A stretch of 61,813 bases of DNA, counting the filler, from Chiloscyllium plagiosum (Eukaryota), in assembly GCF_004010195.1 (NCBI RefSeq). It is 3 parts of one record of this genome, joined end to end, with 100 filler letters (N's around TTAATTAATTAA, not from the genome) between each part and the next. Parts side by side here need not be neighbours in the genome. Positions count along the whole stretch, not along the records: positions 27,242 to 53,014 come from NC_057713.1; 2 more parts are not named here. One strand, 5' to 3'. Position 1 is the stretch's first letter; every line of letters starts with the position of its first letter. The notes under the pieces are model-generated. The model made no database searches. It had not been told where the DNA came from and was given only the letters and a program-made list of their open reading frames with translations. Below are positions 39,271 to 51,059 of this stretch, one piece after another. A program made the position numbers and the translations under genes.

Positions 39271-42184
39271 GGTATTTCAGAGAATCCCCATGCAAGTGGA
39301 GAAACAATACCTAATTTAGCACTGAACAAGCTTCTGGAATCATCATTGACTTCAGACTGTGAATTTTGTCCTCCAATATGATACCATCCTCATCTCACCC
39401 CTGCAATGTTTGTGTAATTTTCACATTTACTCTCAGTCAGAGCTGACCTTTCTTTCTGCTTTCAATACCTACAGTTAACACCTACCCATACCACTTCCTT
39501 TGTCTTTTGTTACAAGACTTTCTTGATCTCTAATCTCCTTCACCCTCCAACCTTTCCCTGATGTTCCCTTCTGTTCTGCTTGTACCTCTATATCTTTATC
39601 AACTGCATAAATGCTATCACTTTTCCAACACTCTTCAATTCTGAAGAAGAATCAGATTGGACTCTCATGGACAACTACCGATGGATAAATGCTGGTCCAC
39701 TCAGTGAAATCCACATCTTCTGAATAAGTTTAAAGACATATCTTTGTTACCCTTTTCACACCTGCTGAATCTCGCCAGCATGTTGTGTTGTCATTTCAGT
39801 TCTCCAGCATCCAAAGTATCTTCCGTTTTGTTTGTTTAAAAGGATCTTGGAAGATTTGTCCTGGGTGAAGCAAGGAGAAGAGATCCTGTTTGAACCATGA
39901 GGAATTGGAAACCAGCATGATTTTTTTCAAACTCTTCTGAAGACATTCTGAAATTTTAACTCTGTTTTTCTCTCTACAGATGCTGCCAGACCTGCTACGT
40001 TTCTCCAAATTCACTGTATTTTTTGCCCTGATATCCTCTGTTCCTGCAGATTTTATTTTGGAATTTCCCATTTAACATTTCTGTGAACTTGCTTTTAAAT
40101 GCATAGCCCTATGACCCAGTTGGCCTTCCAGGATATAATTGATCAGAGACCACAGAATGCCTTTGCAAATTTTCCCTGTATTTCTGCTTGCTAACCCGTC
40201 ATCAGAAAAAAATTAAAAATCAACAAGGATCTATGCCACATTAGATTTAATAACTAATGGGCCCAATTGTCATGGTGCATCACAATTCACAGTAAAGCAA
40301 GTTAACTTGCAAATTATAATATGAGAACAACACAAATGTACACAGCAGTTTTCAGTGATGCAAAGGCCACTCTTGAGTATTGCAAGAAGCCTGGCCATTA
40401 CATAGTCAGAAGGAAATATTGACATTGAAGGTGGTGCAGCAAAGGTTTACCTGATTTCAAGAGTTGAATTAAGGGAGAGATTAATGTAAAAACAGTTGCA
40501 TGCCCCAAAATTTATAAGGTGAAGGGATAATATGAGTAAAGTTATGAGGGGTATATAGATAGGAATTATTTCCACTGGTTGCAGAGTCTAGGACTGGCAG
40601 TGTAACAAGAAGAAGTAGAACTTTTGGAATGAAGTTAGGTAACATAGACACTCACAAAGTGTACAAGGCATCTGGAACTCTGTTCCACAAATTGTAGTTG
40701 ATTGTAATTCAATTGGTAATTTAAGACCTGAAATTGATAGGTGGAGGGATACGGAGCAATACTGCATATGTGGTATTGTACCACATATTATCTCACTGAG
40801 TGGAGGAGGAGGCTCAAAGGGCTAAATGGCTTAGTGTTCTGATGCTCATCCTGTCACATTATCTATAATTCATTTAGATTTGCAATATGACACTTGTGTG
40901 TACTATATCAAATGCTTTTTGAAAATCTATGTAAACCACATTCAGTGTATTTCCTTTATTGATCCTTTCTGTCATTTTTTAAAACAATTTTAAAAGGTCA
41001 GTGTGACAAAAAATGGGCTGTTTAATTGAATTTTGATGTAGTGGTTTGCACCTTTAAATTCTATTACCATAGTTTAAAAAATAACTTAACTTGATGCACC
41101 AACCCTAATTCAATACAATGTTGTAAGTTCTAACAGTTACAAGCTGAATAGGGAAATATTTCAAACTTAATCAATGCTGCGTGATTAGTTTGTCTTGTAT
41201 ATTACCAGAGTTCAATTTTAAACCTTAGTGGTGAGATATTCAAAATCTATAACCCATTGCTAACTCTTTCCTGGATTTTGAAAAGATTTGTTCTATTCAA
41301 ATAAAAGAAAAAATCAGTTTGAACATCTCAATTAAAAAAGCTTCTGAAAGAAGGAAATATTGATCTGAATTTTCAAAAAAATACATATGGTTTAATTAAA
41401 TATATCACAGCTGTAAGCAATTGAAGATACAGTGGCCAAGAGTTTGGGTGAATCGATAAAGAGTAGAGAGCAGAGGTAAGTGGCATTCATGGTCCCTATA
41501 CAATCCTTGATCTCACTAAACTCTAGCCAGCTAATTACTGCTTGGCAGGTGGGTACTAAGTTAGAGACAGGCAATTGGTGAAGGAGGAGACCAGAAGTCA
41601 ATCTTTCCTCAGATTTAGATCTACTTACAAAGATTTCAAATGTATAGTTCCTAACTCTATACCCAGCACCAATGATAATACTCATTCCCTTAAAACGTTT
41701 TAAATGCAAAGAAATAAATGCACAAATGAACACTATAAGAACACAACAAGATTGAAAGGCAACTTATCAAGTTAAACTAAAATATACTTTTGAGTGAATA
41801 TTAAAACAGGGTAAAATGTCTATATTCTGTGGAATATTGCTTGGACCCCAGAAGTGAGGTTGGACAGTACTGATTGACAAGGCAGGGAGGGTGAAGTCTA
41901 AGGAAAAGGAATTTTGAACTTTTGAAGCTGTTTCAGTTTTAGTAATATCAACTTAATATTAATTTATTCATTATTTTGCTATTAATACAATTTATTCAGT
42001 AATTTATTCTGTAATCGAAGGTGGCGCTGGAACATAACGATATTATCCACTTTTCACTGTCCCCAGGTACAAGTGACAATATATTAAACAAATAATTTAA
42101 GTACATGAATTAGCTCATTAGTTAAGGAATCAGCAATTAAAAGATCAGTACAATGAAAACTAAAATTTTTGACATAAATTGATC

Positions 42185-43810
42185 AACAGTTGAGGTGCCA
42201 GAAGACTGGAGGATGGCTAATGTGGTGCCGCTGTTTAAGAAAGGTGGTAAGGACAAGCCAGGGATCTATAGACCAGTGAGCCTGATGTCAGTGGTGGGCA
42301 AGTTGCAGGAGGGAATCCTGAGAGACAGCATTTATATGTATTTGGAAAGGCAAGGACTGATTAGGGATGGTCAACTAAGCTTTGTGCGTGGGAAATCACA
42401 TCTTGCTAACTTAATTGAATTTTTTGAAAATGTAATGGAGAAGATTGATGAGGGCAGAGCAGTGGATGTGATCTATAATGGACTTCAGGGAGGTATTCAA
42501 TAAGATTCCTAATGGTAGACTGGTTAACAAGGTTAGATCACATGGAGTATAGGGAGAACTAACCATTTGGATACAGAACTGGCTCAAAGGTAGAATACAG
42601 AGGGTGGTGATGGAGGGTTGCTTTTCAGACTGGTGGCCTGTGACTTGTGGTGTGGCTTAAGGATCGATGCTGGGTCCACTGCTTTTTGTCAGTTATATAA
42701 ATGATTTGGATGTGAACATATGAGGTATAGTTAGTAAGTTTGCAGATTAAGTTTCCTGAAGAAGGGCTTATGCCCGAAATGTCAATTCTCCTGTTCCCTG
42801 GATGCTGCCTGACCTGCTGCGCTTTTCCAGCAACACATTTCCAGCTCTGATCTCCAGCATCTGCAGACCTCACTTTCTCCTCAAAGTTTGCAGATTACAC
42901 TAAAATTGGAAGTTTACTGGACAGCAAAGAAGTTTACCTCAGATTACAATGGGACTTTGATCAGATAGGCCAATGGGCTGAAAAGTGGCAGATGAAGTCT
43001 AATTTAGATCAATGTCAGGTGCTGCATCTTTGAAAGGCAAGTCAGAGCAGGACATGTCCACTTAATGGTAAGGTCCTGTTGCTGAACAAATTATAAACTA
43101 TGATCACGGAGTGCAGGTTCATCGTTTTTTTGGAAGTAGAGTTGCAGGTAGATAGAACAGTGAAGAAGGCATTTGGTATGCTTGGCTTTATTGTTCAGTG
43201 TATTGAGTATAGGAGTTTCGAGGCCATGTTGCACCTGTACAAGACATTGGTTAGTCCTGTTTTCGAATACTGCGTGCAATTCTGGTCTCCCTGCTAAAGG
43301 AAGGATGTTGTGAAACTTGAAAGGGTTCAGAAAAGACTTACAAGGATGTTGCCAGAATTGGAGGGCATGAGCTATAGAGAGAGGCTGAATAGGTTGGGGC
43401 TATTTTCCCTGGACTGTCAGGGGTTGAGGGGTGAACTTACAGAAGTTTATAAAATCATAAGGAGCATGGAGAGGTAAACAGACAGGTCTTTTCCCTGGGG
43501 TGGGGGAGTCCAAAATTGGTGGGCTTAGGTAAAGGTGAGGAGGAAAGATTTAAAAGGGACCTAAGGTGTAATGCTTTCATGCAGAAGGTGGTGCGTGTAT
43601 GGAATGAGCTGCCAGATGAAGTGGTGGAGGCTGGTACAATTATAATATTTAAAAGGCATCTAGATGAGTATATGAATAGGAAGAGTTTGGAGGGATATGG
43701 ACCAAGTGCTGGCAAATGGGACAAGCTTTATTTAGGATATCTGGTCGGCATGGACAAGTTGGTCTTAAGGGTCTGTTTCCGTGTTGTATGTGTCTGTGAC
43801 TCTGTGACTC
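42185..43810 (+). mobile_element. CR1 RT-to-3' end fragment
   Basis: PEDWRMANVVPLFKKG..YRPVSL, EYCVQFWSP, VWNELP; (TGACTCTG)n tail. Confidence 0.9.
42750..42883 (+). mobile_element. Solo 134-bp pLTR insertion with 14-bp target-site duplication
   Basis: AAGTTTGCAGATTA at 42736-42749 and 42884-42897. Confidence 0.85.
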
Positions 43811-44179
43811 GAAGTTTATTCACTGACTGGAGCTGTTAATGACCCCTTGGCCAAGCCATGAAGTCTCTGCATATTCTAGACAAGCACATTTACAAAAGGA
43901 AACTGATTAAATAATACAATCATTTAAAGGGGCATGAATAAAAAGAAAAAGCTTAGGATAAAGGAACCTTAACAAATGGAAATCAATTGACACTGTGAGA
44001 TGGTGCATTCCAGCTCCTGTTGGTACCAACAGCCACAAAGACCTTATGCATGCTAGTTGACACCACACACTTGCTTTCCAGAGCCACACCATCTCGGATG
44101 TAGCCACAAAAGAGAGGCACCCAGTCAAACCATTTATTTGAATAACCAGGACTTAATAATATGAAAACAAAGGACCATG

Positions 44180-45831
44180 TATGCTGCAAATCTGAAACAA
44201 AAACAGAATGTGCTGGAGAAACTCAGCAGGTCTGCTAGCATCTATGGAGAGAAAAATAATATTTTGCATCCAGTGACCCCTCTGAAAATAGAAACTGAAG
44301 ATAGTTGGGAAAAGGTGGTATTTATGCTGATGACAACATGTGGAGAATGAATAGGGTACATAGGGATGGTATCCACAAAAATAGAGTGAGAAAAAGGAAC
44401 AGACAAACAAGGAGATTTAGACTCAGACTTACCCCGCATGGATTTCAACTCAAGTTTCACTCTTCGTATTTCAACTCCACTCAGGAATACAAATACCTCC
44501 AGGGCACACAATGTTCCTCGGACTGCTGTTCTGGCCAGATCCTGCAATCCATGATCAATGTCATTTGCTGGCATATGTGCACACTCGACTCTACTCTGCA
44601 CCGACATCGACTCACCCTCTCTTAAAGCTGCACCGCTCTCCAGTTTCACCTCATCCGTTGCCTCAACGAAAGATTGTTTTCTCTTACTTGTGGATATCAA
44701 GGCATGCAAGCTCGCGCAACTTATGGACTCCAACATCCATCCTGCAGACTGCCCTTAGTGCCCATCCCTAACCAAGCCCTCAGATGCCATGACTTTGTTG
44801 CCTTGACAGCACTCTCCCCAACCTCAGCCCTTGCGGTGTGTAGACCATATCTCCTGACTTCCCCCTCTCTGAGGCTGAATGGACTGCCCTGGGCAAAGAA
44901 CTCAGCTTCATACTCTTAAACCCCAACCTTAAAGATCTTGAACTATTTTTCTGCTGCCACTGTCTCTGTGCTCACTTCTTTAGGCAGGACTCTCCCCCTC
45001 ATTCCACGGATCCCTTCACCCATCTCCAGTATTCACCCACCACTTGGACCCCATCTCCTGGCCTCTTACCTGCCCTTGATCTCATTATGGAAAACTGCTC
45101 ACATGACATCAGCCATCTTGATTTCTCTGCCCCTCTCACCCACTCTAACCCACCCCCTTCTGAAATTGCTGCACTTTGCTCTCTGAGGTCCAACCATAAC
45201 TTTGTTATCAAACTGACTGATAAAGGTGATACAGTTGTGGTCTGATCTTTACCTTGTGGAAACTCAACAGCAGCTCACGGACACTTCTTCCTACCAGCCC
45301 CTGGAACGTGACCCCTACATCCAAACATCAAGCCATTGTTGCCAGGACTGTCACTGAACTTATTACCATTGGAGATCTTCTCCCACTGCATCTAACCTAG
45401 TCATCTCCCAATCTTGGACAGCTCGCATCTACCTCCTTCCCAAAATCCATAATTCAGACTGCTCCAAATGGCACATTGCATCAGCCTGTTCCTGCCCCAC
45501 AGAGCTCATTTCCTCCAACCTTGACTCCATTCTTTTTCTGCTTGTCCAGACCCTGCCCACCTCCTTCCACCATTCCTCTGAAGCCCTCCACCATATTGAA
45601 AATGTCCAGTTCCATGGCACGAACTGCCTCCTGTTCACCATGGATGCCCAAGCCCTCTGCACCTCTATTCCCCATGAGGACAGTCTGAGAGTTCTCAGCT
45701 GCTTTCGTGACCATAGATCTGAACAATACTCATCCACTGCCACTCTCTTCTGCTTGGCTGAACGTAAACCGTCACTGAACAATTTCTCCTTTAATTCATC
45801 TCTCCCCTGCCAAGTCAAAGGAGTGGCTATG
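44180..45831 (+). mobile_element. Degraded Penelope-like element, 5' half up to RT motif B'
   Basis: YLLPKIH, MDAQALCTSIPH, LNNFSFNS..QVKGVAM; colinear with 15030-16142. Confidence 0.85.
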
Positions 45832-46766
45832 TGCACCTGCATGGACCCAGTTTTGTGAAGCTGAATGGTCCCAGTTATGTGCACCTGCATGGTTCCAGTT
45901 TTGTGTACCTGCATGGACCCAGTTATGTGTACCTGCATGGTCCCAGTTTTGTGTACCTGCATGGTCCCAGTTTTGTGTACTTGCATGGTCCCAGTTATGT
46001 GTACCTGCATGGTTCCAGTTATGTGTACTTGCATGGTTCCAGTTATGTGTACCTGCATGGTCCCAGTTATGTGTACCTGCATGGTTCCAGTTATGTGTAC
46101 CTGCATCGTTCCAGTTATGTGTACCTGCCTGGTTCCAGTTATGTGTACCTGCCTAGTTCCAGTTTTGTGTACCCGCACGGTCCCAGTTTTGTGTACCTGC
46201 ATGGTCCCAGTTTTGTGTACCTGCATGGTCCCAGTTTGTGTACCTGCATGGTCCCAGTTTTGTGTACCTGCATGGTCCCAGTTATGTGTACCTGCATGGT
46301 TCCAGTTATGTGAACCTGCATGGTTCCAGTTATGTGAACCTGCATGGTTCCAGTTATGTGTACCTGCATGGTTCCAGTTATGTGTACCTGCCTGGTTCCA
46401 GTTATGTGTACCTGCATGGTCCCAGTTTTGTGTACCTGCATGGTTCCAGTTATGTGTACCTGCATGGTCCCAGTTTTGTGTACCTGCATGGTTCCAGTTT
46501 TGTGTACCTGCATGGTCCCAGTTATATGCACCTGCATGGTCCCAGTTATGTAAGCCTGCATGGTCCCAGTTTTGTTCACGTGCATGCTCCCAGTTTTGTG
46601 CACCTGCATGGTCCCAGGTATGTGCACTCGCATTGTTCCAGTTATGTACACCCGCAAGGTTCCAGTTATGTACACCTGCGTGGTCCCGGTTTTGTGCACC
46701 TGCATGGTCCCAGTTATGTGCACCTGCATGGTACCAGATATGTGCACCTGCATGGTCCCAGTTATG
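45829..46766 (+). repeat. 24-bp satellite, block 1 (~39 units)
   Basis: Consensus ATGTGYACCTGCATGGTYCCAGTT. Confidence 0.95.
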
Positions 46767-48140
46767 GATCAGTGGTGCTGGAAGAGCACAGCAATTCAGG
46801 CAGCATCCGACGAGCAGCAAAATCGACGTTTCGGGCAAAAGCCCTTCATCAGGAATAAAGGCAGAGAGCCTGAAGCATGGAGAGATAAGCTGGAGGAGGG
46901 TGGGGGTGGGGAGAAAGTAGCATAGCTTCAGGGCAGAGGAAATGACCTGGGAGTTGCAGTGAGAGAGGGACTCCCTGAGATTCTTGTAGAGAGAGGAGGA
47001 ANNNNNNNNNNNNNNNNNNNNNNNNNNNNNNNNNNNNNNNNNNNNNNNNNNNNNNNNNNNNNNNNNNNNNNNNNNNNNNNNNNNNNNNNNNNNNNNNNNN
47101 NNNNNNNNNNNNNNNNNNNNNNNNNNNNNNNNNNNNNNNNNNNNNNNNNNNNNNNNNNNNNNNNNNNNNNNNNNNNNNNNNNNNNNNNNNNNNNNNNNNN
47201 NNNNNNNNNNNNNNNNNNNNNNNNNNNNNNNNNNNNNNNNNNNNNNNNNNNNNNNNNNNNNNNNNNNNNNNNNNNNNNNNNNNNNNNNNNNNNNNNNNNN
47301 NNNNNNNNNNNNNNNNNNNNNNNNNNNNNNNNNNNNNNNNNNNNNNNNNNNNNNNNNNNNNNNNNNNNNNNNNNNNNNNNNNNNNNNNNNNNNNNNNNNN
47401 NNNNNNNNNNNNNNNNNNNNNNNNNNNNNNNNNNNNNNNNNNNNNNNNNNNNNNNNNNNNNNNNNNNNNNNNNNNNNNNNNNNNNNNNNNNNNNNNNNNN
47501 NNNNNNNNNNNNNNNNNNNNNNNNNNNNNNNNNNNNNNNNNNNNNNNNNNNNNNNNNNNNNNNNNNNNNNNNNNNNNNNNNNNNNNNNNNNNNNNNNNNN
47601 NNNNNNNNNNNNNNNNNNNNNNNNNNNNNNNNNNNNNNNNNNNNNNNNNNNNNNNNNNNNNNNNNNNNNNNNNNNNNNNNNNNNNNNNNNNNNNNNNNNN
47701 NNNNNNNNNNNNNNNNNNNNNNNNNNNNNNNNNNNNNNNNNNNNNNNNNNNNNNNNNNNNNNNNNNNNNNNNNNNNNNNNNNNNNNNNNNNNNNNNNNNN
47801 NNNNNNNNNNNNNNNNNNNNNNNNNNNNNNNNNNNNNNNNNNNNNNNNNNNNNNNNNNNNNNNNNNNNNNNNNNNNNNNNNNNNNNNNNNNNNNNNNNNN
47901 NNNNNNNNNNNNNNNNNNNNNNNNNNNNNNNNNNNTGTCCGGACTTGTCCGACCTGCCTAGCTCCACCCTCACCCTCCTCTAGCTTATCTCTCCATGCTT
48001 CAGGCTCTCTGCCTTTATTCCTGATGAAGGGCTTTTGCCCGAAACGTCGATTTTGCTGCTCGTCGGATGCTGCCTGAATTGCTGTGCTCTTCCAGCACCA
48101 CTGATCCAGAATCTGGTTTCCAGCATCTTCAGTCATTGTT
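46767..48140 (+). mobile_element. Young Penelope insertion in the satellite with inverted pLTR pair (interior in N gap)
   Basis: 46767-46902 is a near-perfect reverse complement of 47970-48106; hammerhead cores at 46825-46852 (minus) and 48021-48048 (plus). Confidence 0.8.
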
Positions 48141-48227
48141 TTTACACCATTGTCCTAGTTATGTACACCCACATGGTCCCAGTTTTGTGCACCTGCAAGG
48201 TCCCAGTTTTGTGCACCTGCAAGGTCC
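48141..48227 (+). repeat. 24-bp satellite, block 2 (~3.5 units)
   Basis: Same unit, plus orientation. Confidence 0.9.
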
Positions 48228-50964
48228 TGGGACCATGCAGGTACACATAACTGGGACCATGCAGGTGCACATAACTGGAATCATGCAGGTGCACAAAATT
48301 ATGAACATGCAGGTGCACAAAATTATGAACATGCAGGTGCACAAAACTGGGTCAATGCAGGTACACAAAACTCGGACCATGCAGGTGCACAATACTGGGA
48401 CCTTGCAGGTGCACAAAACTGGGACCATGTGGGTGTACATAACTAGGACAATGGAGGTGCACATAACTGGGACCGTGCAGGTGTACATATCTGGGACCAT
48501 GCAAGTGCACATAACTGTGTCCATGCAGGTGCACATATCTGGGACATAGGTGTGCATGTAACTGGGTCCATGCAGGTGCACATACCTGGGACCATGCAGA
48601 TGCACAGATCTGGGACCATGCAGGCACACAAAAATGGGACCATGCGGGTGCACAAAACTGAGACCATGCAGGTGCAAATAACTGGGACCATGCAGGTGCA
48701 AATAACTGGGACCATGCAGGTGCACATAACTGGGTCCATGCAGGTGCACATATCTGGGACCATGCAGTTGCACAATACTGGGACCTTGCAGGTGCACAAA
48801 ACTGGGACCATGTGGGTGTACATAACTATGACAATGCAGGTGCACATAACTGGGACCATGCAGGTGTAAATATCTGGGACCATGCGGGTGCACATAGCTG
48901 GGTCCATGCAGGTGCACATATCTGGGACCATAGGTGTGCATGTAACTGGGTCCAAGCAGGTGCACATATCTGGGACCATGCAGATGCACATACCTGGGAC
49001 CATGCAGGTGCACATATCTGCGACCATGGAGTTGCACATAACTGGGACCAAGCAGGTGCCCATTCCCGAGACCATGCTGGTACACATAACTAGGACCATG
49101 CAAGTGCACAAAATTGGGAACATGCAGGTGCACATAACTGGGACCATGCAGATGCACAGATCTGGGACCATGCAGGCGCACAAAAATGGGACCATGCAGG
49201 TGCACAAAACTGGGACCATGCAGGTGAAAATAACTGGGATGAGTCAGTGCACATAACTGGGTCCATGCAGGTGCACATATCTGGGACCATGCAGTTGCAC
49301 ATACCTGGGACCATGCAGATGCACAGATCTGGGACCATGCAGACGCACAAAAATGGGACCATGCAGGTTCAAATAACTGGGCTCATGCAGGTGAAAATAA
49401 CTGGGATCGGTCAGGTGCACATAACTGGGACCATGCGGGTGCACATAACTGGGTCCATGCAGGTGCACATATCTGGGACCATGCAGTTGCACAATACTGG
49501 GACCATGCAGGTGCACAATACTGGGACCTTGCAGGTGCACAAAACTGGGACCATGTGGGTGTATATAACTAGGACAATGCAGGTGCACATAACTGGGTCC
49601 ATGCAGGTGCACATATCTGGGACCATGGGTGTGCATGTAACTGGGCCCAAGCAGGTGCACATATCTGGGACCATGCAGATGCACATACCTGGGACCATGC
49701 AGGTGCACATATCTGGGACCATGCAGGTGCACATACCTGGGACCATGCATGTGCACATATCTGGGAACATGGGTGTGCATGTAACTGGGACCATGGAGGT
49801 GTACATATCTGGGACCATGCAGATGCACATACCTGGGACCATGCAGGTGCACATATCTGGGACCATGCAGGTGCACATACCTGGGACCATGCAGGTGCAA
49901 ATAACTGGGACCATGGAGGTGCACATAACTGGGACCATGCAGGTGCACATATCTGGGACCAAGCAGGTGCACATTCCCAGGACCATGCTGGTGCACATAA
50001 CTGGGACCATGCAGGTGTACATAAATGGGATCATGCAGGTAGACAAAGCTGGGACCATGCAGATGCACATACCTGGGACCATGCAGGTGCACAATACTGG
50101 GACCTTGCAGGTGCACAATACTGGGACCTTGCAGGTGCACAAAACTGGGACCATGTGGGTGTACTTAACTAGGACAATGCAGGTGCACATAACTGGGAGC
50201 ATGCAGGTGTACATATCTGGGACCATGCAGGTGCACATAACTGGGTCCATGCGGGTGCACATAACTGGGTCCATGCAGGTGCACATATCTGGGACCATGG
50301 GTGTGCATGTAACTGGGTCCATGCAGGTGCACATATCTGGGACCATGCAGATGCACATACCTGGGACCATGCAGGTGCACGTATCTGGGACTATGCAGGT
50401 GCACATACCTGGGACCATGCAGGTACACATACCTGGGACCATGCAGGTGCACGTATCTGGGACAATGCAGGTGCACATACCTGGGATCATGCAGGTGCAC
50501 ATACCTGGGACCTTGCAGGTGCAAATAACTGGGACCATGGAGGTGTACATAACTGGGACAATGCAGCTGCACTTAACTGGTACCATGCAGGTGCACATAA
50601 CAGGAACCATGCAGGTGCAGATAAATGGGATCATGCAGGTGCACAAAGCTGGGACCATGCAGGTGCACAAAACTGGGACCATGCGGGTGCACATAATTGG
50701 GACCATGCAGGTGCACATATCTGGGTCCATGAAGGTGCAAATAACTGGGACCATGCAGGTGCAGATAAATGGGACCATGCAGGTGCACAAAGCTGGGACC
50801 ATGCAGGTGCACAAAACTGGGACCATGCGGGTGCACATAATTGGGACACAAAACTGGGACCATGCGGGTGCACATAATTGGGACCATGCAGGTGCACATA
50901 TCTGGGTCCATGCAGGTGCACATACCTGGGACCATGCAGGTGCACATATCTGGGACCATGCAGG
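48228..50964 (-). repeat. 24-bp satellite, block 3 (~114 units), inverted
   Basis: (AACTGGGACCATGCAGGTGCACAT)n. Confidence 0.95.
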
Positions 50965-51059
50965 GGTGGCACGGTGGCACAGTGGTTAGCACTGCTGCCT
51001 CACAGTGCCAGAGACCCGGGTTCATTTCCCTCAGGTGACTGACTGTGTGGAGTTTGCAC
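50963..51059 (+). mobile_element. HE1 SINE 5' (tRNA head) fragment at a satellite inversion point
   Basis: Near identical to 31368-31466; A box TGGCACAGTGG, B-box-like GGTTCATTTCC. Confidence 0.85.

Noticed and set aside
46849..48136. Long ORFs spanning N runs (also around 16.8, 54.7, 56.2 and 58.1 kb)
   Set aside because: Length is produced by undetermined bases
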